Of a DNA stretch of 64,000 bases, positions 51,687 to 64,000 are shown piece by piece. The notes under the pieces are model-generated. The model was not told the origin of the DNA. It searched no databases and was given only the letters and a program-made list of their open reading frames with translations. The position numbers were made by a program, and so were the translations under genes. Numbering within the stretch: the first letter of the stretch is position 1; every line of letters starts with the position of its first letter. Source of the stretch: Octopus sinensis (lineage: Eukaryota); the NCBI RefSeq assembly GCF_006345805.1, contig NW_021833284.1:14515-78514 (forward strand), given 5' to 3'.

Positions 51687-51896
51687 CAAACCTTCGTCTG
51701 CCGTTGCTGTCACATTCTGGGAGTCTGTCTGGGTAGTTACAAACTCTGATGGAATGGTCGAAAAAGGTTCCTCTGGCACATTCAAACTTGAATGGACGTC
51801 CGGCGATGCAACGGAAAAACAGCTTGCAGTTGTATTGGTGAGGGTAGAATCCGTTCTTTTCAGGACAGAAAAACTCTTGGTTACCTTCAGTGACAC
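51687..51896 (-). CDS. Exon 3: CBM14 domain 2
   Basis: tttctgaaacacag| ... tttg|gtaagg, 210 nt, phase 1-1. VTEGNQEFFCPEKNGFYPHQYNCKLFFRCIAGRPFKFECARGTFFDHSIRVCNYPDRLPECDSNGRRRF. This frame is not in the ORF track. Confidence 0.93.
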
Positions 51897-52021
51897 CTGT
51901 GTTTCAGAAAAAATTAAAAGACATTTTAAAAGAAAGAAAAAAACAAAAACATCTGGTAGTGGTGGATGGTAGTGGGGGTGGCAGCAGCAACGGTGGTGGT
52001 GGTGATGGCGAGAGTGATGAT

Positions 52022-52612
52022 GAGGCGGTTGGATGGAACCTACACTCGCCTCCTTATGAGAGCTCAAAATCTCTCGTGGAAGCGTCATCCAACCAAAATG
52101 CAAATATATGGGAAACTACCACCTGTGTCATCTCTTGTGAAAGGTAGGAGAGTCCAGTTTGCTGGACATTGTTGTAGAGCTGAAAACGAGGTAATTTCTA
52201 CTCTTCTCCTCTGGAAGCCATCTACTCGCAATACCAGAGGGCGCACACTCTTCGAGAGGCGGTTGGATGGAACCTACACTCGCCTCCTTATGAGAGCTCA
52301 AAATCTCTCGTGGAAGCGTCATCCAACCAAAATGCAAATATATGGGAAACTACCACCTGTGTCATCTCTTGTGAAAGGTAGGAGAGTCCAGTTTGCTGGA
52401 CATTGTTGTAGAGCTGAAAACGAGGTAATTTCTACTCTTCTCCTCTGGAAGCCATCTACTCGCAATACCAGAGGGCGCACACTCTCCTCCCCTGATGTAA
52501 TCTCCAGGGATACAGGCATCCAGCAACAGGACCTCCGTAATGCTATGATGGACCGTGAAGTCTGACGTAGCATGGTAAATTCCATTGTCTCGACCACGGT
52601 CGAACAATGATG
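52022..52612 (+). mobile_element. RTE-like LINE 3' fragment with an in-frame 234-bp tandem duplication
   Basis: RRLDGTYTRLLMRAQNLSW...RRVQFAGHCCRA occurs twice (52022 and 52256). Ends in a (GAT)n tail. Confidence 0.8.
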
Positions 52613-53624
52613 ATGATGATGATGTGATTACGATGACAATGATAATGATGATGATGAAAGTGATGATAAAGAACTAAATCCATCTCTATAAGAAGAAGAA
52701 TATTCCAAGAGAATTCCCTCTATCCATTCCTTTTCTGTCTGGCGCTGACACCTTAAACTGACATGTTAAACCAGTGCTCCACAGCTGGTATTCCATGGCA
52801 CACCAGTGTGCCACGAGACGATGCCAAGTGTGCCACAGTGTAACCTGAAAATAATTATTTTCCCTATACCTTTAGTTATGTAGAGGCGCGTGGCGTGGCT
52901 TGGTCGTTAGGGTGTCAGCATCATGATCGCAAGATTGTGGTTTCAATTCCTGGACCGGGCGACGCGTTGTGTTCTTGAGCAAAACACTTCATTTCACGTT
53001 GCTCCAGTCCACTCAGCTGGCAAAAATGAGTAAGGCTGCGATGGATTAGGGTGTCAGCACCATGATCGCAAGATTGTGGTTTCGATTCCTGGACCGGGCG
53101 ACGCATTATGTTCTTGAGCAAAACACTTCATTTCACGTTGCTCCAGTCAACTCAGCTGGCAAAAATGAGTAACGCTGCAATGGACTGGTGTCCTGTCCAG
53201 CTGGGGAAAACATACGCCATAAAACCCGAGAAACCGGGCCCATGAGCCTGGCTAGGCTTTAAAAGGGCGCATTTATTTTTTTTTATATCTTTAGTTATAT
53301 TTTTAGTTCAGGTGTGCCGCCGAATTTTGAAAAGAATATAAGTGAACCAAATTAGAAGCATTTCATTTCTAAATCTCTCAAAGAGAGTCATATAGCAGCA
53401 GCACTATAAAGTGATGGTAGATTGCCAATTTAATGTGGCAGTCCCAGGAAAGGGAAGAATATTACTGTTATTTAGGGAAGAATGATACTGCTATCTAGTC
53501 CCAAGAAACACCGTTTCTATGGTGTTTCTTTGGGCTAAATAGCAATAGCATTCTTCCCTTTCCTGGGACTGCTACATTAAGTTGGCAATGAACCATCACT
53601 TTATAAGTTTATAGCCGAGCCAGG

Positions 53625-54335
53625 TCGTCTGCTGCTGGAGAGGACCGACCAGGTAAAGGACCTGGGTATCTTGGTGGATTCCTCCTTTTCGCCTTTGGCG
53701 CAGTGCGTCCATGCTGCCAACAAAGCACGCAGAGTTCTGTTCTTGATTCGACAGTCATTCGGAATGCTCACAGCAGCCATATTCCTACCGCTCTATGTCA
53801 TGCTGATGAGACCCATATTGGAGTACGGGATTCAAGCCTCTTCTCCTTATCTCCTCAAAGACATACAGCATCTCGAAAGAGTCCAGAAGCTGGCTATCCG
53901 CATGGTTCATGGTCTCAAGAATTTGTCTTATGAAGAAAGGCTGAAGACGCTCAACCTTTATTCTCTAGAAAAACGCAGCCGCCGTGGTGATCTCATTCTC
54001 GCCCACAACATCATAAGCGGAAAGTGTAACCTCTCGAAAGAGCTGTTCTTCATTCCTGCTCCAGAGCGTCGGCTGCGGGGTCATTCCGAAAAGCTCTATC
54101 TGTGACGATTTCGTCTCAATCGAAGGAGAGGGGCTTTCTCCGTCCGGGTTTCGGATCCGTGGAATAAGCTGCCAGATGAGATAGTGAAGATGCCGACGAC
54201 TGCTCAGTTCAAAGTCTCCCTTGACCACAAGTGGCCTGAACTCTTTACATGAACATCACCCTGTACATAACTCCATATCCCCCTAAATGGCCTTGCTTTT
54301 TGCTTTTTGAGCCAAAAAATTAACTAACTAACTAA
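53625..54335 (+). mobile_element. CR1-clade LINE 3' fragment
   Basis: DLGILVDSSFS...RPILEYG...HLERVQKLA.RMV.GL.NLSYEERLKTLNLYSLEKR.RRGDLI. Ends in a (TAAC)n tail. Confidence 0.88.
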
Positions 54336-54339
54336 ATGA

Positions 54340-54520
54340 AAAAAAGGTTTCAGAGCACTGTGTTAAACAGAATTGGATGTGAATACAAATGCTATGACAA
54401 AGCAATCAACCACTCTTTGTATATGGATGATCTCAAGGTTTATGCTGCAAATGATGAAAAAATAACTAGAAACATTACTACAGAAAGTACATGGATTTGT
54501 AGAAAGTCCTGGGATATGAA
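54340..54520 (+). mobile_element. RT fragment of R4/Dong-like type
   Basis: GCEYKCYDKAINHSLYMDDLKVYA contains the YMDD catalytic motif. Confidence 0.7.
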
Positions 54521-55067
54521 AACACTTACTCTTTTACTCTTTTACTCTTTTACTTGTTTCAGTCATTTGACTGAGCCATGCTGGAGCACCACCTTTAGTC
54601 GAGCAAATCAACCCCGGGACTTATTCTTTTGTAAGCCCAGTACTTATTCTATCGGTCTCTTTTGCCGAACCGCTAAGTAACGGGGACATAAACACACCAG
54701 CATTGGTTGTCAAGCAATGCTAGGTGGACAAACACAGGCACACAAACACGCACACGCATATATATATATACATATATACGACGGGCTTCTTTCAGTTTCC
54801 GTCAACCAAATCCACTCAAAAGGCATTGGTCGGCCTGAGGCTATAGTAGAAGACACTTGCCAAAGGTGCCACGCAGTGGGACTGAACCCGGAACCATGTG
54901 GTTGGTAAACAAGCTACTTACCACACAGCCACTCCTGTGCAAGATGCTGCACTATAGAACCAAACCCAGAACTGTATAATTTGAGAAGCAAGCTTCTGGG
55001 CCACAAATCCACATAACGCTGCCCCCTCATACATTATCTATGAATAAGGAAAACGTGAATGAATGAC

Positions 55068-55469
55068 CTGAATTATGAGGGTCCTGTCCTTTTTCGGGTT
55101 CCGGTATAAAGCTCTCGAAATGGCGTGACTCAGGGAAAGCTCCGTCTTCTCCATGGAAACTCCAACCACCGTTATTCTTATTGTTGTTGTTGTTGTTGTC
55201 GTTGTAGTGCGCTTCTGGTAAACTTAGTTTGTTCGAGGGGTCGGGACGTATTCGCCTGCCCTTTTCATCACAGTTCTGCACCTCGTGAGGCCAGTTGCAC
55301 ACGTTGAGGCCAGAATCGAAATATATTCCTGGTGGACAGGTGAACTGGTACGGAATGCTTCCTACACATCGATAAAATATCCGGCAGTCGTAGGCATCTG
55401 CATAGAAGCCATCTTTTAGCCCATGGCAACTGGGAACACTCATTCCCCACACTGGCCATACAATTGATT
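55068..55469 (-). CDS. Exon 2: CBM14 domain 1 plus Asn-rich linker
   Basis: tatatttacag| ... tcag|gtcatt, 402 nt, phase 1-1. CHGLKDGFYADAYDCRIFYRCVGSIPYQFTCPPGIYFDSGLNVCNWPHEVQNC (x13, x5, x9, x12, x8). The linker contains an AAC-repeat-derived NDNNNNNNKNN. Confidence 0.92.
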
Positions 55470-55475
55470 CTGTAA

Positions 55476-55518
<43 letters not shown>

Positions 55519-56106
55519 CTTACTTTTTACTCTTTTACTTGTTTCAGTCATTTTGACTGTGGCCATGCTGGAGCACCGCCTTTTGTCGAGCAAATCAACC
55601 CTGGGACTTATTCTTTGTAAGCCTAGTACTTATTCTATTGGTCTCTTTTGCCAAACCGCTAAGTTACGGGGGACGTAAACACACCAGAATCGGTTGTCAA
55701 GCAATGCTAGGGGGACAAACACAGACACACAAACACACACACATACACATATATATACATATATACGACAGGCTTCTTTCAGTTTCCGTCTACCAAATCC
55801 ACTCACAAGGCATTGGTCGGCCCGAGGCTATAGCAGAAGACACTTGCCCAAGGTGCCACGCAGTGGGACTGAACCTGGAACCATGTGGTTGGTTAGCAAG
55901 CTACTTACCACACAGTCACTCCTGCGCCTATAATAATAAAAAAAAATTATAATAATAATCATCTATTCTACTATAGGCACAAGGCCTGAAATTTGGGAGG
56001 GGATAAGTCGATTACATTGATACCAGTACTCAACTGGTACTTAATTTATCGAGCCCCGAAAGGATGAAAGGCAAAGTTAACCTCGGCAGAATTTGAACTG
56101 AGAGCA

Positions 56107-57000
56107 TAATGCCTTGATGCAGTACCAGACAGTGGCTCTCATGGCTTCTGATCTTAACTGATTGGAAATGTTATCATGTACATTGTTTTGTCTTGGTATA
56201 AAAGATGGGCTACAGAAAATATTCTGCTCAATACCACAGATTTGCTAATGCCCTGATGCAGTACCAGACAGTGGCTCTCATGGCTTCTGATCTTAACTGA
56301 TTGGAAATGTTATCATGTACATTGTTTTGTCTTGGTATAAAAGATGGGCTACAGAAAATATTCTGCTCAATACCACAGATTTGCTAATGCCCTGATGCAG
56401 TACCAGGCAGTGGCTCTCGTGGCTTCTGATCTTAACTGATTGGAAGTGTTATCATGTACATTGTTTTGTCTTGGTATAAAAGATGGCCTACAGCAAATAT
56501 TCTGCTCAATACCACAGATTTGCTAATGCCCTGATGCAGTACCAGGCAGTGGCTCTCATGGCTTCTGATCTTAACTGATTGGAAGTGTTATCATGTACAT
56601 TGTTTTGTCTTGGTATAAAAGATGGGCTACAGCAAATATTCTGCTCAATACCACAGATTTGCTAATGCCCTGATGCAGTACCAGGCAGTGGCTCTCATGG
56701 ATTCTGATCTGAACTGATTGGGAGTGTTATCATGTACATTGTTTTGTCTTGGTATAAAAGATGGCCTACAGCAAATATTCTGCTCAATACCACAGATTTG
56801 CTTGTCAGTTGTTTGACCTTAACCAGTTAAGCATGTCCCTTAGTGGCTGACAATATGTGCATCTCTGATCATGAGTAGAAGTAGTGGGGGAGCATCATAC
56901 CCATGTGTTGTGAGGGATTCTTTGGGGTTTGAATAATTCACCTCTGGAAATATGGATTACAGCAAACATTCTGCTCAATGCCACAGATTTGCTTGTCAGT
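56107..57000 (+). mobile_element. Same element, head repeated 5x, body truncated
   Basis: Five units (56107-56802), then body to about 56950. Confidence 0.85.
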
Positions 57001-57636
57001 ACCTACTGACTAGCTCCCATAAAAAGCACCTATATATGTATATATATATGTGTATGTATATATATATATGTGTATGTATGTATGTATGTATGTATGTATG
57101 TATGTATGTATGTATGTACGAATATATATTTATGTGTGTGTCTTTGTGTCTGTGTCTGTTTCCTTCACCATCGCTTGACAACCGATGTTGGTGTGTTTAT
57201 GTCCCTGAAACTTAGCGGTTCAGCAAAAAGAATAAGTACTCGGCTTACGAAGAATAAGTCCCGGGGTCAATTTGTTCTGCCTGAAGGCGGTGCTCCAGCA
57301 TGGCCACAGTCAAATGACTGAAACATGTCAAATGAGTAAAGGAGTAAAGACGTAGAACATTCAACTCTGCGTGCAATGCTCCAGCATGGCCTTAACCACG
57401 AAGGGTTAAAAGTACAGAACTGAAAGGAGTGGCTGTGTGGTAAGTACAACCACATGGTTCCGGGTTCATTCCCACTGTGTGGAACCTTCGGCAAGTGTCT
57501 TCTACTATAGCCTCCGGCCAACCAAAGCCTTGTGAGTGGATTTGGTAGACAGAAACTGAAAAGAAGCCCATCGTATATATGTATATATATATAAAATTTG
57601 ATATTTCTGATTACGGTAACCAGTGAATAGATTTCA

Positions 57637-57676
<40 letters not shown>

Positions 57677-58617
57677 CCCGTGGCCTTCTACTTGGGATGG
57701 AGCCAGCCTACGTATGCATACCTTCCCTTCTTGGGACACAAAACTCTACTTGTGAAGACCTGTTGAGGCAAGTGAGGATCAGAATCGAAATCGATCAATG
57801 GAAATTGCAGATGTGTTACCAGTGCCGGTGGCATGTAAGAGAACCTTCCGTTTCGCGACCGTTGCCAGCACCGCCCCGTTTCGTGTCCGTTGCCAGCCTC
57901 GCCTGGCCCTTGTGCCGATGGCACATAAAAAGCACCATCTGTTCGTGGCCGTTTGCCAGCTCTGTCTGGCACCTGTGCGGGTGGCACGTAAAAAGCACCC
58001 ACTACACTCACGGAGTGGTTGGCGTTAGGAAGGGCATCCAGCCGTAGAAACACTGCCAGATTTGACTGGGCCTGATGAAGCCTTCTGGCTTCACAGACCC
58101 CAGTAGAACCGTCCAACCCATGCTAGCATGGAAAACGGACGTTAAACGATGATGATGATGATGATGATGATATTATATATTGATCATTCATTTTTATACT
58201 TTTTGAGATCTAGTTATATGATTGATTGATTCTAGTTTCAGCTCATGAGCTGTGGCCATGCTGGGGCACCGCCATATATGTTTTATAAATATATATATTA
58301 TTTGTTATTTATGTTTTGCTTTATGTCTATCAATGTTTGAGTTGCATAATAGTGGTTTTATCTCTAATTTATATTTTATATGTGTGTGTGTGTGTTTGTC
58401 CTCCCCAACATCGCTTCACAACCGATGTTGGTGTGTTTACATCCCCTGTAACTTAGCGGTTCGGCAAAAAAAAAAAACGATAGAGTAAATACTAGGCTTA
58501 CAAAGAATAAGTCCCGGGGTCGATTTGCTCGACTAAAGGTGGTGCTCCAGCATGGCCACAGTCAAATGACTGAAACAAGTAAACGAGTAAAGAGTATCAA
58601 TTAAAAAATTGACAATC

Positions 58618-58698
58618 CTCTCTTACAGCTGTTTCAATTACAGACGTTCAGAAGATTAATTAATAAAATTAAAAATTATCGAATCTCATCAGAGATAG
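58618..58698 (-). ncRNA. Type I hammerhead ribozyme-like motif (Penelope-type, palindromic stem III)
   Basis: The minus strand reads CTATCT-CTGATGA-GATT-(42 nt)-AATT-GAAAC-AGCT-GTA-AGAGAG. The CUGAUGA and GAAA core is intact, the cleavage triplet is GUA, stem I is 5/6 paired, and position 10.1-11.1 is G.U instead of G-C. Confidence 0.6.
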
Positions 58699-58840
58699 TT
58701 GAAAATATACAAAATAGGTGTTCAGTTCCTGCATGATGAGTATAAAGCAACAAAGGTATACCGGAAAAATTAAACATCTTATTGAATCTGACAATAATTT
58801 TATAACAAATCCTACCATGCCTATTAAGGAGGCCAAACAT

Positions 58841-59731
58841 TGGATCTTTTCGGTTTGACCGGCAGTTTTTTAAAAATAATTTCTAGGTAACTAAACACTT
58901 TTAAACTTCGTATTCTGGTAGAATGTGTTTATAAAACATCTTTTTCTCTCGGCTTTATTGAGAAAATTCTATAGTTTGTAAGATATTTGTTGTTGTTTTT
59001 CTTCAATTTCTGCAATTTCAACCAATCAATGACGTCTATTGAGGTAAACAACATTCTGTGCCGTATGAATATGTCCCTCGTTTAAGAAACAGATTGGGTT
59101 TATTTACATTTCTGAAGAAAAAAAGGGATCTTTTCGGTTTGACCGGCAGTTTTTAAAATAATTTCCACGTAACTAAACACTTTTAAACTTCGTATACTGG
59201 TAGAATGTGTTTATAAAACATCTTTTTCTCTTGGCTTAATTGAGAAAATTCTATAGTTTGTAAGATATTTGTTGTTTTTTTCTTCAATTTCTGCAATTTC
59301 AACCAATCACTGATGTCTACTGAGGTGAAAACATTCTGTGCCGTATGAATATGTCCCTCGTTTAAGAAACAGGGATCTTCTCGGTTTGACCGGCAGTTTT
59401 TTAAAATAATTTCTAGATAAATAAATACTTTTAAACTTCGTATACTGGCAGAATGTGTTTATAAAACATCTTTTTCTCTCGGCTTTATTGAGAAAATTCT
59501 ATAGTTTGTAAAATATTTGTTGTTTTTTTTCTTCAATTTCTGCAATTTCAACCAATCAATGACGTCTATTGAGGTAAAAATGTGATCTTTTCGGTTTGAA
59601 CAGCAGATTTTAAAAATAATTTCCACGTAACTAAACACTTTTAAACTTCGTATACTGGTAGAATGTGTTTATAAAACATCTTTTTCTCGTGGCTTTATTG
59701 AGAAAATTCTATAGTTTCTAAGATGTTTGTT
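58841..59731. repeat. Four imperfect 150-285 bp tandem units of an AT-rich repeat
   Basis: Units start (g)gatcttttcggtttg at about 58841, 59126, 59372 and 59584. Confidence 0.85.
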
Positions 59732-59771
59732 GTAAAGAGTAAAGAGAATAGCTAAAGAATATCGTACTTAC

Positions 59772-59817
59772 GTAGAAGGGAGATGAAGACCACGGTGTTA
59801 AAAGCAGCAGACTTCAT
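59772..59817 (-). CDS. First coding exon (signal peptide) of a secreted protein with three CBM14 domains
   Basis: ATG at 59817, MKSAAFNTVVFISLL, donor |gtaagt, phase 1. Joined to the next exon it gives MKSAAFNTVVFISLLQSIVWPVWG|MSVPSC, a plausible signal peptide. A possible acceptor (tttctcag) 7 nt before the ATG suggests an upstream non-coding exon. Confidence 0.8.
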
Positions 59818-60313
59818 GATCAATCTGAGAAAGGCATCAGAATCACTTTGTGTTCCAGTTATAGCATGGACGGTATATATATATGTGTATGTATGTGTAG
59901 AAGTGTACGTGGGTGAGTAAGGATATATATATCTATATCTATATATATACATATATATGTGTGTATATATATATATATAAATATATATATGTGTATATAT
60001 ACATATATATATATTATTATATATATAATACATATATATATGTGTGTGTGTGTGTATGTGTGTGTATGTATGTATGCGTGTAAATGTGTGAGAGTGTGTG
60101 TGTGTGTGTGTGTGTTTGAGTATGTATATCTATACGCGTGTGGATGTACGTGTGTGTGTGTGCTTTAGTTATGATGACTTGACTGCTTTCTGTATCTTTT
60201 TTTTGTTCTTTAAATTTCTCCACTCCCCACCCTCTCTTTCATGGTGTGTATATATGTATGGGTGTGTGTATGTATATATATACTACATACATATATATAT
60301 ATCTATATATATA

Positions 60314-60344
<31 letters not shown>

Positions 60345-60428
60345 CGTATAATATATATATATATATATACGTATATATATTATAATATATATATATATAT
60401 ATATTATATTATATATATATATATATAT

Positions 60429-60513
<85 letters not shown>

Positions 60514-60593
60514 TATATATATATATAATATTATATATATATATATATATATATAACATACATACATATATATATATATATGTATGTATGTAT

Positions 60594-60630
<37 letters not shown>

Positions 60631-61884
60631 CATACACACACATATATATACACATACATATATATATACGTACATACATACAGACAGACAGACACGTACA
60701 CACACACACGCCTACACACACATTCTCTCTTTCTGTCTGTCTGTCTCTCTGTTCGTCTGTCCATCCGTCCGTCGATCTGTCTGTGTGTCTTCTGGTCAAA
60801 GCACTGCTGATCATACAGAAAGACTATAAACTGGTGTCATAAAAATACTAATAGCTGTGGTGTTGGTGTTGGTGGTACTGTTTAACCCCAGGCTAACAAT
60901 GACTCCGTAGACTTATGATCAAAGACATTCCAGCCATGACTATGATGTTTTTACTTTATAATATACAATATGAATGTAGTGCTAGCATGGCTGTGTGGTT
61001 AGAAGCTTGCTTACCAACCACATGGTTCCGGGTTCAGTCTCACTGCGTGGCACCTTGGGGAAATGTCTTCTATAGTAGAAGACACTTGCCCAAGCTACCA
61101 CTCAGTGGGACTGAACCTGGAATCACAAGTTTGGGAAGCAAGCTTCTTACCACACAGCCATGCCTGCACCTTTATATATATATTCTTTTACTCTTTTACT
61201 TGTTTCAGTCATTTGACTGTGGCCATGCTGGAGCAACACCTTGAAGGGTTTTAGCCAAATGAATTGACCCAAATGAATTGACCAAAGCCTTGTGAGTGGA
61301 TTTGGTAAACGGAAACTGAAAGAAGCCCGTCGTATATATGTATATATATATATATAGGCGTAGGAGTGGCTGTGTGGTAAGAACCTTGCTTACCAACCAC
61401 ATGGTTCCGGGTTCAGTCCCACTGCGTGGCACCTTGGGGAAATGTCTTCTACTATAGCCTTGGGCCTACCAAAGCCTTGTGAGTGGATTTGGTAAACGGA
61501 AACTGAAAGAAGCCCGTCGTATATATGTATATATATATATATATAGGCGTAGGAGTGGCTGTGTGGTAAGAAGCTTGCTTACCAACCACACGTTTCCAGG
61601 TTCAGTCGCACTGTGTGGCACCTTGGGAAAGTGTCTTTTACCATAGCCTTGGGCCAACCAAAGCCTTGTGAGTGGATTTGGTAGACAGAAACTGAAAGAA
61701 GCCTGTCGTATATATGAATATATATATATATATATATGAATTAAAAAAATGGAGTTAACGCAGGTGTAATCAAATATTTTTACTTTCGACACATGTTTCG
61801 AAAATTCCACTGATTTTTGCTGCCCTGGTAAATATTTATTTATTTTTTCCGTGTTAATTGTTAACAAGGTAAAAATACACTCAC

Positions 61885-61920
<36 letters not shown>

Positions 61921-62326
61921 TTTACTCTTTACTCTTTTACTTGTTTCAGCCATTTGACTGCGGCCATGCTGGAGCACCGCCTTTTAGTCGAGCAAATCGA
62001 CGCCGGGACTTATTCTTTCTAAGCCCAGTACTTATTCTATCAGTCTCTTTTGCCGAACCGCTAAGTGACGGGGACGTAAACACACCAGCAACGGTTGTCA
62101 AGCAATGCTAGGGGGACAAACACAGACACACAAACACACACACATATATATATATATATACATATATACGACAGGCTTCTTTCAGTTTCCGTCTACCAAA
62201 TCCACTCAAGATGCCCAAGATGCCACGCAGTGGGACTGAACCCGGAACCATGTGGTTGTTTAGCAAGCTACTTACCACACAGCCACTCCTGCACCTTATA
62301 TATATATATATAATATTATATATATA

Positions 62327-62413
<87 letters not shown>

Positions 62414-64000
62414 ATATATAATAATGTACTAGACTTAAAAAATAATTCCAGGGGTCAATTCATTTGGCTAAAACCCTTCAAGGTGTTGCTCCAGCATGGC
62501 CACAGTCAAATGACTGAAACAAGTAAAAGAGTAAAAGAATATATATATAAAGGTGCAGGCATGGCTGTGTGGTAAGAAGCTTGCTTCCCAAACTTGTGAT
62601 TCCATGTTCAGTCCCACTGCGTGGCATCTTGGGCAAGTGTCTTCTACTATAGACTCGGGCCGACCAAAGCCTTGTGAGTAGATTTGGTAGACGGAAACTG
62701 AAAGAAGCCCGTCGTATATATGTATATATGTATATATATATATATATGTGTGTGTTTGTGTGTCTGTGTTTGTCCCCCTAGCATTGCTTGACAACCGTTG
62801 CTGGTGTGTTTACGTCCCCGTCACTTAGCGGTTCGGCAAAAGAGACTGATAGAATAAGTACTGGGCTTACAAAGAATAAGTCCCGGGGTCGAGTTGCTCG
62901 ACTAAAGGCGGTGCTCCAGCATGGCCGCAGTCAAATGACTGAAACAAGATACTGCTAGTTACTTTTAAATCTTTACAAATAATTGAAGTTAGGTTACTCT
63001 TACTCTTTACTCTCTTTTACTTGTTTCAGTCATTTGACTGCGGCCATGCTGGAGCACCGCCTTTAGTCGAGCAGATCAACCCTGGGACTTATTCTTTGTA
63101 AGTCTAATACTTATTCTATTGTTCGCTTTTTGCCGAACCGCTATGTTACGGGGACGTAAACACACCAACATCGGATGTCAAGCGATGTTGGTGGGGACAA
63201 GCACACACACACATATTCTTTTATTTGCTTCAGACATTTGACTGCGGCCATGCTGGAGCACCGCTTTTAGTCGAGCAGATCGACACCAGGACTTATTCTT
63301 TGTAAGCCGAGTACTTATTCTATTGTTCTCTTTTTGCCGAACCGCTAAGTGACAGGGACATAAACACACCAGCATCGGTTGTCAAGCAATGTTAGGGGGA
63401 CAAACACACACACACACATATATTATATATACATATATACGACGAGCTTCTTTCAGTTTCCGTCTACCAAATCCACTACGACAGTTTTGCAAAAATATTT
63501 AATCTTTTGCTCTTTTATTTGTTTCAGACATTTGACCGTGGCCATGCTGGAGCACCGCCTTTAGTTGAGCAGATTGACCCCAGGACTTATTCTTTGTAAA
63601 CCGAGTATTTATTCTATTGTTCGCTTTTTGCCAAATCGCTAAGTTACAGGGACGTAAACACACCAGCATCGGATGTCAAGCAATGTTGGGGTGACAAACA
63701 CAGATACACAAACATAGACACATAAACACATACATATATACATATATATACTTATATACATATGTGGTGGTGGTTGTGGTGGTGGTGATGGTAGCGGTGG
63801 TGGTGATGATGATGGTGACACAATATATGATTATCTCCACATAGGGCAGACACAGTTACCAACCGTCGGTGCCAGTTGTCCAGTCTACAATAATGGCAGA
63901 TGACATTTGTGTCACCTCGCACAGATATATATATATTTGTGTGTATGTGTGTGTGTATGTGTATGTGTGCGTGTGTGTGTGTAGTAAAATGTGAGTGTCT

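Noticed and set aside
51609-52103. 164-aa minus-strand ORF from the track
   Set aside because: Wrong frame. The real exon (51687-51896) is in another frame and encodes a six-Cys CBM14 domain.

Overview
Eukaryotic, AT-rich and very repeat-dense DNA. The SINE, RTE and microsatellite content points to a cephalopod, probably an octopus (inference, no database search). Three spliced protein-coding genes can be reconstructed by hand. (1) The last six coding exons of nucleoporin NUP88 on + (7264-18979), with all intron phases consistent. (2) A + strand gene with two peritrophin-A/CBM14 chitin-binding domains and a Thr-rich linker (about 31.6-40.5 kb), which may carry a frameshift in its signal-peptide exon. 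(3) A convergent - strand gene (59817-44173) for a secreted protein with three CBM14 domains, including a probable GC-AG cassette exon. Most of these exons are absent from, or in the wrong frame in, the supplied ORF track. The rest is nested mobile DNA: RTE, CR1-type and R4/Dong-type LINE remnants, three tRNA-derived SINE families, two non-autonomous Helitron families, a Tc1 fossil and MITEs. Notable observations: a type I hammerhead ribozyme motif in sense orientation in intron 1 of the - strand chitin-binding gene; an (AAT)n-associated element whose 139-bp head, with CCAAT and TATA motifs, is amplified 7x, 22x and 5x at three loci with the same junction; a head-to-tail Helitron trimer; and several locally templated insertions and fold-back inversions. 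No CRISPR array, rRNA gene or true tRNA gene was found. No complete novel system could be demonstrated from sequence alone.
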